A stretch of 55,301 nt of DNA from Candidatus Roizmanbacteria bacterium RIFCSPHIGHO2_12_FULL_37_23 (GCA_001788095.1 MFZX01000038.1:1-55301), one strand, 5' to 3'. Shown: positions 1 to 9,493, counted from the first letter of the stretch. Numbers and translations are program-made. Notes: generated by a model from the sequence alone, not told the origin.

Positions 1-934
1 CATATGCTTCGTTGATTTCTTGATCACTTACTGGGCCCTGACCTTCGGTACGAGATACACCTCCATCTGAAGTTACTCTTCGATCTACTGCTCCTGATGA
101 TAATTGAAAATCGTAGACAACAGTTCCAGAAACTAAGTCAACAAAATATATCCTACATATATCTTCATCTGCGCAGGTAGTTATCATTTGTGTAAAATAA
201 TTTGTGTTATCTTCACTTTCTCCAATGAGATTTAGATTAATAATAGATTGTTCTGAAGCCCTAACATTATATGAACCTGCTCCTTGCACATCTCTCTTTA
301 ATGTATCAAGTGCAATCTCATGAGCTTGCTCTTCTGATATTTGTGCAATGCACTCACTATCAGTTTTCAATAGAGCTCCTGAAATGCTATACACTTCAGT
401 ATCTTCTCCAACATGAAGATTGATATATGATCCATATACGGGAACATCATTGCAACGAATTTGTCTAAAATAATAGTGGGTAGCGTTAACAGAGATTTGT
501 GCTAACTGAAGATATTGAGCTTCTCGATCATCTAAACGTGCGGTTAAGGAAAGATGAGCAGGATCATCAGGGATAAGCTTTCGCGTCTCTTCACTGGGAA
601 TATCAGTACCACGGTATTGGATAGGGCTTGTTGTTGAATATACAGGTTCTCCAGACAAAAATTGAATAACGTTATTACTACTATCTTCTGCGAGAGTATA
701 TAATCCAACGTTTCGTGCTCCAGTAGTAATATAAAAAATTGCAGTCGAATCGTCTTCGATATAATTCGAATCTGTACTTACAACAGCTTCATTCATTGAT
801 AAAAGATTTGATGCTTGACTCTTTCTCTGTGGAAAGGGCTTGTTATCAATTGAATAATAGCGAGAAACAGCGAAGGCTACGATGAATAGAATAAGTATAA
901 CTATAAAAAGAAATGGAGACAGTTTATTTTTCAT
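1..934 (-). CDS. M4 (thermolysin-like) metallopeptidase precursor, truncated at window edge
   Basis: Not in the ORF track; translated by hand from ATG at 934 (GAGG RBS upstream). MKNKLSPFLFIVILILFIVAFAV TM, FTP-like propeptide (THYYFRQ...VPVYGSYINLHV), PepSY-like segment (ISEEQAHEIAL...YFVDLVSGTVV), start of M4 catalytic domain (RTEGQGPVSDQEINEAY). HExxH motif lies outside the window. Confidence 0.75.
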   Translation of the reverse strand, partial: MKNKLSPFLFIVILILFIVAFAVSRYYSIDNKPFPQRKSQASNLLSMNEAVVSTDSNYIEDDSTAIFYITTGARNVGLYTLAEDSSNNVIQFLSGEPVYSTTSPIQYRGTDIPSEETRKLIPDDPAHLSLTARLDDREAQYLQLAQISVNATHYYFRQIRCNDVPVYGSYINLHVGEDTEVYSISGALLKTDSECIAQISEEQAHEIALDTLKRDVQGAGSYNVRASEQSIINLNLIGESEDNTNYFTQMITTCADEDICRIYFVDLVSGTVVYDFQLSSGAVDRRVTSDGGVSRTEGQGPVSDQEINEAY

Positions 935-946
935 ATCAAGCCTCGG

Positions 947-1819
947 TTAGTTTTTAGGAGCAAATCTCAATACAACAGATTTCTCTTTAATGTCACTAAC
1001 CTCAAAAACATATCCAAAAGCTTCACTCGTTTTCAACTGTGCTCCACCTATTCCTCCAGTTATGAAACGAAGAGTCTCTTGTGATTTTCCGTTAGAAACC
1101 ACGAGTTCTACCGAAGTCTCACAGTCTTTACAAACTGGTTCGGGAATCTCAATAGATTTTAGAGTTACCTTCATGCTTGTTTGTGGTATAGAATATAGTT
1201 TTTGCAAAGTCAACGTAACATTTTCGCCAACATAAATAACAACTCCTTGCGCAGACCCTAGTATGTCTTCTGCTGCGACTGTCACAATATTTGAATCATT
1301 GGTTTTACCCGGTATAAAAACAAAAGATAACGGTGATAGTCCCTCATCGTCAGCAGTAAACGTCAATGTAGCAAGTGCAGTATTGGAAAGTTTATATATT
1401 TGTGTTGATTGTAGATTTTTTACACCAGTTAGAGACAAAACTCCCTTCTCTTTTTCACTAGTGAATAACTCGAATCCTTCAATGATATTCTCTCCTTTCT
1501 TGAAGGTAAGTACATTTGTATCATACGTAAGCACGCTATCATAACCACCTATTTCCTGCCCTTGAGAATCACCGTACAACACTATAGAAATCTCATCTCC
1601 TGGATTATATATGTTTTGTCCAAACTCAGTCTGAAGGAAAAATTTACCCTCAGTCTTTATCTTGTCTTGTTTGATTTGTGAATTTTGACTGTTTTTTATC
1701 CGCTCTTGAAATGATTGCTTTGAAGAAACAAAAAATATAATAAGAACGATCACACAACCCACCATAATGACGGGTAAAAGAAACCTATTTTTTTGTTTTG
1801 AGATTTTATTAGGTAACAT
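947..1819 (-). CDS. membrane-anchored cohesin-domain protein with an extra C-terminal beta domain
   Basis: N-terminal TM; cohesin-type motif GDEISIVL...IGGYDSVLTYDTNVL...LATLTFTA...LSFVF...SNIV. Confidence 0.65.
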   Translation of the reverse strand: MLPNKISKQKNRFLLPVIMVGCVIVLIIFFVSSKQSFQERIKNSQNSQIKQDKIKTEGKFFLQTEFGQNIYNPGDEISIVLYGDSQGQEIGGYDSVLTYDTNVLTFKKGENIIEGFELFTSEKEKGVLSLTGVKNLQSTQIYKLSNTALATLTFTADDEGLSPLSFVFIPGKTNDSNIVTVAAEDILGSAQGVVIYVGENVTLTLQKLYSIPQTSMKVTLKSIEIPEPVCKDCETSVELVVSNGKSQETLRFITGGIGGAQLKTSEAFGYVFEVSDIKEKSVVLRFAPKN

Positions 1820-1879
1820 AATGGCACATTGATATTAAAGGTTGGAGACCGAGTGGATTCCCACGACTCGACAAGTCCA

Positions 1880-3835
1880 CTACTCTGAATCGTATCGTTC
1901 GTTAAGCGCAGCAATGGCACATGCCCAGTCACTTGCGTTGACAATATTGTCAAAATTCGAATCTCCATTACGCACACATCCCTCATCTTTACTTCCAAGA
2001 CATAATCGAATCTTTGCCATATCAAATGAATTTACTACACCATCCTGATCTTCAAATGCAAGATCTCCAAAGAGTTGAACAATGTTGGACATGTCTATGA
2101 CGTTGTCTCCAGCTTTAAGATCTATTCTACCTCTATCGCATCGGTAAGCCCCAGGGAAATCTTCTTTTGGTGTAGCATCACAAATCTTTTCTCTCAAATG
2201 TCTCTTAAATTTGGAGTACACTGCATACCCTTCTTTTTCATTGGTATTAACATCAAAAGTAACTTCCCCATTAAGATGTCCTTTGTCATCAAATGTCAAT
2301 TCTACATCTTTAAATATTGGGGCTTTGAGTCCACCATCTTTTAATCCGATTTGTGCGGAAAACTTTTCAGGTGGATTTTTTGGTTTTTGAGGAACGCATT
2401 GTAATCGACCTTTAAGCTTCAAGGTAACATTCCCTTTTTCTTCTGCGCCTCCGCCAACTACGTATGCCGCTATGCCTTTATCAACTGTATATAAAGGACT
2501 ACCCTGAGGTCCAACCACCTGAATTGAAGCAATTGTGAGTTCGCCAGCACCATTACCAATTGCCTTAAGGCTCAACGTATTGGTGTATGAACTTAAAAGT
2601 TCATTCTGGGACTGATCGCATACTACTAATAATTCTATTTGACCAGCTTCATCATTGACATTAAACGCAACTACCTGACATCCTAATGAAAGGGGTGGTA
2701 CTCCTGATGGAAGGGGTGGGATAGTTAAGACTCCAGTTGGGACTTGTGATACCGGTGGAACTGGGGTCATTACAGGAGGCACGCACACACCTTGTGTTTG
2801 ACCCGGTTGAATATCACATCGAAGTCCGCATGTTGGATTTCCATTACAGTATTTATTAATACAGTCCTGGTCATTTGTACAAACAAGCGTATTAGGTATG
2901 GTTGTTGTGGGACTTGGTGTAGATGAAGTTGCTGGTGTACCTGGAGTTGGCGATGTAATAGCTGCTCCTGGACTTGGAGCCGCTTGTGCTAACTCACCGA
3001 GTACTACTGAAGTTCCAAGTCGAGCAGACATTGTACCGGATTGTATAGGTGTAACAGACAATGGTGGTAATGTTGGTCTATCTGGAAGTTCTATTCCAGG
3101 ACCTTTAACACTCTGTCCTTTAAGTATTCCTTTATCATAAGCCACTCTTACATAATATCCTGAAATCTTATCTTGTCCATTGTTTGCAGCGATTCTTAGC
3201 TTATAATCACACGTTGCTCCAACTTGGGTATCACACACTTCTGGAACGAAGGAAGCACTGATTTGACTAAATTCTTCTGGTGGTCCTTGTGGTGGTTCAC
3301 CCCCAGAACAGTCAAATGTTGCTGTAGCAACGTTTCCATAGCCATATTGTGTCCCATCAACATTACCAACAATTTGAGAGTTTTGTGAATCAAATGTAAC
3401 TTTGATAGGATCATTATTAGTACAAGCTACAGTGATTCCGATTACCACAGCGTTTGGTAATTCCTCATCTTTCTTAAGCACTGCGCAACCATACCTGCCT
3501 TTCGCACCGTTAGATTCAGAAATTAACTCACTAAAAATAGAGGTGTCGCCTGTTTCGAGATTAGCGCATCCATCTGAACCTATATAAAGACCATTTTCTA
3601 CGTTAAAAACAGCATCAACTGCAGATATTTTTTTTCCAGGTTCTTGCGGTTTAAATATTACTTGCATGGAAGTCTCGGGGACAGGACCACTGGATGGATT
3701 CATTTCGATATCGATATTGCTTACCGCAGCTTGTGATCGAAGTATATAAACTCTATATAACAGTCCAAAAAAAACAAGCGCAGCTATTGTCGCCACGACT
3801 AAAATATATGTTTTTGATTTCAAAACGGTAAACAT
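1880..3835 (-). CDS. surface protein with two cohesin-like domains, Pro/Thr and Cys-rich insert, C-terminal dockerin-like repeats
   Basis: TM; KISAVDAVF and KISGYYVRVAYDKGIL cohesin-like strands; C-terminal DQDGVVNSFD and DSNFDNIVNASD Ca-loop pair. Confidence 0.6.
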   Translation of the reverse strand: MFTVLKSKTYILVVATIAALVFFGLLYRVYILRSQAAVSNIDIEMNPSSGPVPETSMQVIFKPQEPGKKISAVDAVFNVENGLYIGSDGCANLETGDTSIFSELISESNGAKGRYGCAVLKKDEELPNAVVIGITVACTNNDPIKVTFDSQNSQIVGNVDGTQYGYGNVATATFDCSGGEPPQGPPEEFSQISASFVPEVCDTQVGATCDYKLRIAANNGQDKISGYYVRVAYDKGILKGQSVKGPGIELPDRPTLPPLSVTPIQSGTMSARLGTSVVLGELAQAAPSPGAAITSPTPGTPATSSTPSPTTTIPNTLVCTNDQDCINKYCNGNPTCGLRCDIQPGQTQGVCVPPVMTPVPPVSQVPTGVLTIPPLPSGVPPLSLGCQVVAFNVNDEAGQIELLVVCDQSQNELLSSYTNTLSLKAIGNGAGELTIASIQVVGPQGSPLYTVDKGIAAYVVGGGAEEKGNVTLKLKGRLQCVPQKPKNPPEKFSAQIGLKDGGLKAPIFKDVELTFDDKGHLNGEVTFDVNTNEKEGYAVYSKFKRHLREKICDATPKEDFPGAYRCDRGRIDLKAGDNVIDMSNIVQLFGDLAFEDQDGVVNSFDMAKIRLCLGSKDEGCVRNGDSNFDNIVNASDWACAIAALNERYDSE

Positions 3836-3837
3836 AT

Positions 3838-4623
3838 TTATTGAATAAATTCGTTATTTATTAGCCATATACTTACATCAATATTGTTTGAGGCACCATC
3901 ACCGTTTACATCACACGTTGCTCCTTCTCCATTCATTGATGAGCGTATATTTTCCCAATCTTCAAGATCTATAGCCCCATCACAATTACAATCACCTTTG
4001 CTATATGTTGAACATCCCTTGTCTTTATCAATTGGTGGAGTCAATGATGGAATCGGTGCATCATCTGTTATGTTTATGGTAATCTGGGAAGAATCAGCAT
4101 TAACTACTAAAGGTTGAGCTCCAGCAGCTTTCCATAATGGACTATCAGCTAACTGTATAAATCCTTGGGCAGGGGTTGTGGTCCCACTTTTTGGTTGTAA
4201 AATAACGCCGGTAATACATTTTGCCCCACTCTCGAGTAAATCGTCCTTTCGTAGAGCCCCAAGCGCAAACTCTGCAGATCGCGAAGCTGGATCTATACGA
4301 AAACCAAGTTCTGTATCTAGTTTAAACGAAGCATTTTTACAAAATTCATCTTGTATAAGTCCAAGGACATCAATATTATCAGAATATCTAAAAGACCCTT
4401 GAACACCTGCAACACCAACTCCTGTATTGGTTGATCCAAAAATATGAGCAAGGCATAGTCCTTTTGCATTACAAGGGATGTCTTTTTCTGAAATAAAAAC
4501 TTTCATGTTTGTATCAAGTTGAGCTTTTGAAGGTAAAAGATAATTGTTTAACATCATCCAGAAAAATACTGTTGAGAGAACGAAGACGAGGCTTAAAATT
4601 GTAAATCGAACTTTTGAATCCAT
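3838..4623 (-). CDS. surface protein, cohesin-like domain plus C-terminal dockerin
   Basis: TM; VAGVQGSFRYSDNIDV beta strand; DCNCDGAIDLED and DVNGDGASNNID repeats. Confidence 0.6.
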   Translation of the reverse strand: MDSKVRFTILSLVFVLSTVFFWMMLNNYLLPSKAQLDTNMKVFISEKDIPCNAKGLCLAHIFGSTNTGVGVAGVQGSFRYSDNIDVLGLIQDEFCKNASFKLDTELGFRIDPASRSAEFALGALRKDDLLESGAKCITGVILQPKSGTTTPAQGFIQLADSPLWKAAGAQPLVVNADSSQITINITDDAPIPSLTPPIDKDKGCSTYSKGDCNCDGAIDLEDWENIRSSMNGEGATCDVNGDGASNNIDVSIWLINNEFIQ

Positions 4624-4629
4624 ATATTT

Positions 4630-5346
4630 TTAGATTTTAGATTGCGAAACGAATACCTTACGCAAGTCATTGAAATCAAAAATGTCAACAACACTATTGC
4701 CATCAAAATCACAAAAAAGAGTTTGAGACTGTTGATTGATTTCATTGCGTAACTGATCGATATCCAAAAGGTCAACTTTTCCATCTTTAATTCCGGGTCC
4801 TTGGCTACTCGCACAATCTCCGATTTGCCCTGTTGGTGGTGGTGTGGTTTGGGGAGGTGTGACAGTTAGACCGGAACCCATACACTGATTTGTGCAAAAT
4901 AATACCAACGGTTGTATATTTGCGTCTGAAGCAGCTTTTTGCTGTAAGATGTTAATATCATTTTGGTCAACAACTCCATTTCCATCAACATCACACATAC
5001 TACAATCATAAACTCCTGTTGGAACTACTACGCTTGGACGCGCAATAACACCAGTAACATTAGTGCTCGGGGCAGTGGGTATAGGTATGAGATTACAACA
5101 TGGATTACGACCATTACATGTTTGTCCAGGAGCTTGGTATACGCATACATAGCTACCAGATCTTGAACTATACATGCATTTAAGCCCAGTTGCGCATCCT
5201 CCATATCTAAGTCCGCATCTTTGTCCACATTGTCTACGTCCGCTTTGAGCGAGAATAGATGCGTTCTGTGTAGTGGCGAAAGAATCTTGTTTAAGAAAAA
5301 TAAAAAGAGCAATTAAAAAAAATGAGGCTAAAAGTACTTTTTTCAT
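4630..5346 (-). CDS. secreted Cys-rich protein with dockerin/EF-hand-like repeats
   Basis: Start moved to MKKVLL (5346); Cys-rich N-terminus; DVDGNGVVDQND, DGKVDLLD, DFDGNSVVDIFD. Confidence 0.6.
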   Translation of the reverse strand: MKKVLLASFFLIALFIFLKQDSFATTQNASILAQSGRRQCGQRCGLRYGGCATGLKCMYSSRSGSYVCVYQAPGQTCNGRNPCCNLIPIPTAPSTNVTGVIARPSVVVPTGVYDCSMCDVDGNGVVDQNDINILQQKAASDANIQPLVLFCTNQCMGSGLTVTPPQTTPPPTGQIGDCASSQGPGIKDGKVDLLDIDQLRNEINQQSQTLFCDFDGNSVVDIFDFNDLRKVFVSQSKI

Positions 5347-5368
5347 ATCAAATATATTGAATAGTTCC

Positions 5369-5398
5369 AGCATAACATATTATTTCTCCGTATGTCAA
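5369..5398 (-). promoter_or_regulatory. sigma70 promoter for the 5346 surface-protein operon
   Basis: TTGACA-N18-TATGCT with TG extended -10 on the minus strand. Confidence 0.5.
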
Positions 5399-5399
5399 C

Positions 5400-5431
5400 A
5401 AAAAAAGAGTCCTGATAAAGGACTCTTTTTC
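5400..5431 (-). terminator. intrinsic terminator of rplJ-rplL
   Basis: aaaaaagagtcct-gataa-aggactcttttt hairpin with A/T tracts on both sides. Confidence 0.75.
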
Positions 5432-5436
5432 TCAAT

Positions 5437-5471
5437 CCGATACCTAATACGTAATACCTAATACGTAATAC
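5437..5471. repeat. 7-bp-period TAATAC(G/C) intergenic repeat, copy 1
   Basis: ccgatacctaatacgtaatacctaatacgtaatac; first 28 bp identical to 42771-42798. Confidence 0.8.
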
Positions 5472-5480
5472 ATATTTGTG

Positions 5481-6026
5481 TTATTTCAGCTCTATCTTCC
5501 CACCTGCTTCTTCAATCTTTTTCTTTGCAGCTTCTGCATCGTCTTTTTTAACACCAGCTAATATCTCTTTTGGTGCTCCTTCAACGAGTTTCTTTGCATC
5601 CATAAGACCAAGATCAGGTTTGACTTCTCGTACTGCTTTAATAACAGCTAATTTATTACTTCCTGCATCAGCAAGTACAATAGTAAAGGTTGATTTAGCT
5701 TCAGCAGCTTCGCCTGTTTCACCACTAGCAGAAGCTCCTGCTGGAGCAGCTGCCATAGCAGGCATAGCTGAGACTCCAAAAACTTCTTCAAGATGACCGG
5801 CTAATTCTGAAAGCTCAAGCGCTGATAAGCCCTCAATTTCTTTAGCTATTTTTTCCACTTTTGCTGAAGCGGCTTTTGCTTGTTTCTTGGGCTCAAGTTT
5901 TTCTTCTTTTTGTTTCACTTCTTTCTCAGCTTTTTTTGTTTCCTCTTCTACTTTTTTTGTTTCTTCTACTTTATTTGGTTTCTCTGTTGCTTCGGCTTTT
6001 TGATCCTCTGATTTGTCATCTGCCAT
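5481..6026 (-). CDS. rplL: 50S ribosomal protein L7/L12 with Lys/Glu-rich N-terminal extension
   Basis: [49 protein letters not shown]; ATG at 6026 follows a GGGGGGTG SD. Confidence 0.95.
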   Translation of the reverse strand: MADDKSEDQKAEATEKPNKVEETKKVEEETKKAEKEVKQKEEKLEPKKQAKAASAKVEKIAKEIEGLSALELSELAGHLEEVFGVSAMPAMAAAPAGASASGETGEAAEAKSTFTIVLADAGSNKLAVIKAVREVKPDLGLMDAKKLVEGAPKEILAGVKKDDAEAAKKKIEEAGGKIELK

Positions 6027-6064
6027 AACGTTCACCCCCCTCGTTAATTTATAATTTATAAATC

Positions 6065-6622
6065 TTAATTTTTAATGCTTTTTTCGCTTGCATTCTTCAG
6101 GACCTGTATTAACTTCATTGAACTATAACGCATACTAAATACAGTTCTTGAATGTGGCGAGCGCAGTGATGTAATAATCTTCGCAATTAACTCGTTCTTT
6201 CCTGGTAAAACTGCTAGTTGCACAAGTTTTGCTTCTTCATAAATTTCGCCATCTAGTAGCCCGACCTTGAAAATTAAACCTTCTTCTTCTTTGGAGAATT
6301 GATGAAAAGCTTTAAGCCCACTCATCCAATCTTCAGAAAGAAATAAGAGCGCAGATTGTCCTCGCACATTTCCTTGTAAGGTTTTCACTACGTCTTTTGT
6401 GTACAAATTGTTTGAAAGTTGTAACTGTGAGAGTGCGACGTTTAAAAGAGTATTTTTTATAACAGTAAAATGGGCTTGATTCCCTGTTTCTCGAAGTTTT
6501 TTCCTAAGGTTTTCTAATCTTTTGTGACTAGATGTAGTAAAACCAACGAGTACAAAATGAGGATTATGAGCGAGTTGATTATATAATTGAGAAACGTATT
6601 CTCTTTTTTGTAAGTTTGGCAT
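6065..6622 (-). CDS. rplJ: 50S ribosomal protein L10
   Basis: [29 protein letters not shown] motifs; directly upstream of rplL. Confidence 0.92.
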   Translation of the reverse strand: MPNLQKREYVSQLYNQLAHNPHFVLVGFTTSSHKRLENLRKKLRETGNQAHFTVIKNTLLNVALSQLQLSNNLYTKDVVKTLQGNVRGQSALLFLSEDWMSGLKAFHQFSKEEEGLIFKVGLLDGEIYEEAKLVQLAVLPGKNELIAKIITSLRSPHSRTVFSMRYSSMKLIQVLKNASEKSIKN

Positions 6623-6624
6623 AG

Positions 6625-6690
6625 TTTTCTCTCCCGCCGGAAAATGTTTTAATCCCGCCTCTGGCAGGAAACCTGCGATCTTTGAGACAA
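6625..6690 (-). ncRNA. probable L10 leader (autoregulatory cis-element)
   Basis: Minus strand AAGATCGCAGG-TTT-CCTGCCAGAGG resembles the AAGAC.GCAGG...CCUGC.AGA core of L10 leaders; lies between promoter and rplJ start. Confidence 0.55.
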
Positions 6691-6696
6691 AAGTAT

Positions 6697-6724
6697 ATTA
6701 TACAGAAGTAAAAGACAATTGCAA
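6697..6724 (-). promoter_or_regulatory. sigma70 promoter of rplJ
   Basis: TTGCAA-N16-TATAAT on the minus strand. Confidence 0.55.
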
Positions 6725-6827
6725 GACGAAAAGGTTTTAAACATCACATACGCGATGCATTATCTACTTTACACATCTACAATCACTACTACTTGAAATC
6801 ACCCGTCGAATTCTGTACTGTAGAATT

Positions 6828-7316
6828 ATGCAGAGAATTTTTTTTGCAACGATTTTGTTTCTTTTATTAATTGTTGGAGCACTTTTCTCTCCTCTTGTTT
6901 ACGCTCAAAATTCAGATGATAATAGTATTGAAGGCGAATATGTCAAAAATGAAGTGATTGTGAAGTATAAAGACAATCTGACACCAGATGAACTCGAGTT
7001 GCAGGTTAGTGAACGACAAAACATGAAGCGCTCTTTTGTAGGGAGAATTCAACTTTTCTTTGGTGATTTAAAGCTAAAATTTTCGAAACAGGATAATCCT
7101 GAGATACAACTTTCTCGACTGCAAAAGACCGATATTGAACTTGGAGTTATAGAGAAAGAGCGTTTGTTACAAGGATCGGCACAAGCTGGTCCAAATGTGT
7201 ATATAATAAGAACTGATGGATCAAAAACAGTACAGCAAATGATTAAAGCATATTCGTCATTGCCAGAAGTTGAATATGCAGAGGTACATAATATTTTACA
7301 ATTTTATCAACAATAA
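6828..7316 (+). CDS. secreted stand-alone S8 protease propeptide-like protein
   Basis: Signal peptide; YVKNEVIVKYKD...YSSLPEVEYAEVHNILQFY aligns by eye with the prodomain of the next gene. Confidence 0.65.
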   Translation: MQRIFFATILFLLLIVGALFSPLVYAQNSDDNSIEGEYVKNEVIVKYKDNLTPDELELQVSERQNMKRSFVGRIQLFFGDLKLKFSKQDNPEIQLSRLQKTDIELGVIEKERLLQGSAQAGPNVYIIRTDGSKTVQQMIKAYSSLPEVEYAEVHNILQFYQQ

Positions 7317-9007
7317 TGAGAAAAAGCTTACGTAATTCTTTTATACTCCTTGTTCTGGTTGGAGCTTTTCATAGTTCCGTTAATGCTCAATTTGATCCCT
7401 CTTCTCCACTCCCTCCTGATAATATTGTTGAAAATGAATATATTATTAAGTTTAAAGAGAATCAAACTCTTCAGGATGTTCAAACTCAAGTTGCTGTCAG
7501 ATCTAACCGGAGTCAAAACCCCTTAGGTATACTCCAAAACTTCCAGCAGGATCTTTCTTTACAGATCAAAGGTGAAGATAAACCGGAAGAAATTCTCACA
7601 CACTATCAATCTGTTGATACAAATATAGGAGTTACTACACGTGAGTCTCTAGAGCCACTTACAAATACGTTTGTATATAAAACAAATGGTACAGAAACCC
7701 TTCAGGAAGTCCTTGCCGCGTATGAGGATCTACCTATTGAGTATATTGAGCCCGTTAACCTGCTCTATTTTTATAACACACCAAATGATACTGATTACAA
7801 TTATCTATGGGGAATGGATAAAATCAATGCGGAAACTGCATGGGATCAGACAACGGGATCACAAAATGTTAAAGTGGCTGTTGTTGACTCAGGTGTTGAT
7901 AAAACACATCCAGATCTTCAAAATAATGTTATTTACACCAAACAAGTTGGCGCAGACTGCCCATCGCAAGGAGATCTTGTTGGTCATGGCACCCATGTGT
8001 CTGGTACTATCGGGGCTATGGGAAATAATAATCGTGGAGTCGCAGGTGTAAATTGGACAGTAAGCATCCTTGGGTATTGCGCAGGAACCGACGGTCTCCC
8101 AGAGACCTATATTATTCGCTCAATTCAGGATGCAGTTCAAAACGGTGCAAAAGTGATTAACATGAGTTTTGGTGGACCTGGTGATGATCCTTCGGTAAAA
8201 GCTATTATTCAACAAAATCCAAATGTTTTGTTTGTGGCATCTGCGGGAAACTGTGGCTATCTTCCCCCCAATCAAGGAGATCCGAATAATCCAGCATGTA
8301 CTCAAGGCGGTGATGCAAGTCACTATTTTCCTGCCCGATATGGAGCAACCATGGATAACGTTATTACCGTCGCTGCTACAGGACCAAATAACGAATGGGC
8401 TAAATACTCAAGTTATGGACAACCAGTCACTATAACAGCTCCAGGTGGAAATCCTCCAAATGGAAGTCGCACATGTGCAAATGATGGAAGTGACTGCATA
8501 CACTCTACTCTACCTGGCGGAGCGTATGATGCATGGGCAGGAACGAGTATGTCAGCTCCACACGTTACTGGTCTTGCGGCGCTCATGCTTTCAAAAGATT
8601 CTTCACTTACCCCTAAACAAATCAAGGAAAAACTTTCTCAAACAGCAGTGGATTTGGGACCAGCTGGTAGAGATGATAAATTTGGAAGTGGAATTATCAA
8701 CGCTCCTGCTGCACTTAATGCCATTGGCAATAATCCACCAACAGGTGGACCAACATCCCAGCCTACAAATCCTCCACAAGGGACTGCGACTCCTACCTTT
8801 AGTCCTGCCATCACTACCCCACAACCTACACCAAGCGTAGGTGGTACACATCCCTGCCCAGCTGAAGCTGAAAAAGGAAATTATGATTGTAATTCAGTCA
8901 CAGATGATAATGATCGGCTTGCTTGGGAGAGAGAATTTAAAGCTGGAACTGTAACACTTGGGCCTTTCTTCGAATGGATTAGAAGAGCACTCTACAATAG
9001 AAATTGA
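7316..9007 (+). CDS. S8 subtilisin-like serine protease with Pro/Thr linker and dockerin-like tail
   Basis: Catalytic motifs VAVVDSG, HGTHVSG, GTSMSAPHVTG; C-terminal GNYDCNSVTDDND. Confidence 0.92.
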   Translation: MRKSLRNSFILLVLVGAFHSSVNAQFDPSSPLPPDNIVENEYIIKFKENQTLQDVQTQVAVRSNRSQNPLGILQNFQQDLSLQIKGEDKPEEILTHYQSVDTNIGVTTRESLEPLTNTFVYKTNGTETLQEVLAAYEDLPIEYIEPVNLLYFYNTPNDTDYNYLWGMDKINAETAWDQTTGSQNVKVAVVDSGVDKTHPDLQNNVIYTKQVGADCPSQGDLVGHGTHVSGTIGAMGNNNRGVAGVNWTVSILGYCAGTDGLPETYIIRSIQDAVQNGAKVINMSFGGPGDDPSVKAIIQQNPNVLFVASAGNCGYLPPNQGDPNNPACTQGGDASHYFPARYGATMDNVITVAATGPNNEWAKYSSYGQPVTITAPGGNPPNGSRTCANDGSDCIHSTLPGGAYDAWAGTSMSAPHVTGLAALMLSKDSSLTPKQIKEKLSQTAVDLGPAGRDDKFGSGIINAPAALNAIGNNPPTGGPTSQPTNPPQGTATPTFSPAITTPQPTPSVGGTHPCPAEAEKGNYDCNSVTDDNDRLAWEREFKAGTVTLGPFFEWIRRALYNRN

Positions 9008-9076
9008 AATTTGAGATTTGAGATTTGAAAATGTAACTCCGGTATGCATTCTCAAATTTCCAATTTCAAATCTCAA
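9004..9076. repeat. imperfect 30-bp inverted repeat of 7-bp units (TTTGAGA) between convergent genes; probable terminator
   Basis: ttgaaatttgagatttgagatttgaaaatg versus cattctcaaatttccaatttcaaatctcaa. Confidence 0.65.
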
Positions 9077-9369
9077 ATAACTTTTACAGCCTTCAATAAA
9101 AAAAACGTAATAAAGTAGAATAAAAGCACCTGGAATAGTGGTAAAAATAATGTAAGAAATATTGCTGCAATTGCGTGTAAAAAAAATGCTTCGTTGTGAA
9201 GTGATGGCAAAAGTCCTTTAAGAATGAGCATTATTATTGTCAGGGTTAAAAGTGTTGGTTTATCAAACTCCCATAAAGGCCAGTTGAAATAAACAGCTGC
9301 TCCAATGAAAATGGCAGCAAGGAGAAGAAAAATTTCTTTTGTATCAAAATAGAATGGTCCGAGATACAT
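9073..9369 (-). CDS. small hypothetical membrane protein
   Basis: 98 aa, nearly all hydrophobic, 3-4 TM. Confidence 0.6.
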   Translation of the reverse strand: MYLGPFYFDTKEIFLLLAAIFIGAAVYFNWPLWEFDKPTLLTLTIIMLILKGLLPSLHNEAFFLHAIAAIFLTLFLPLFQVLLFYFITFFLLKAVKVI

Positions 9370-9457
9370 GTTAATTCTTAATGTACCATTCGTTGAAATC
9401 TATTGCAACTCATTAAGCTTGTATCTGAGGGGTGCAAATAAGACCATTCTGTCGCGC

Positions 9458-9486
9458 TTGACAACATTATGTTCGTTATCTATAAT
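9458..9486 (+). promoter_or_regulatory. consensus sigma70 promoter with internal palindrome
   Basis: TTGACA-N17-TATAAT; aacat-t-atgtt at 9463-9473; ATG 7 nt downstream. Confidence 0.75.
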
Positions 9487-9493
9487 ACCTACC

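Noticed and set aside
5437-5471. Possible CRISPR array
   Set aside because: 7-bp-period microsatellite without unique spacers; no cas genes in the window
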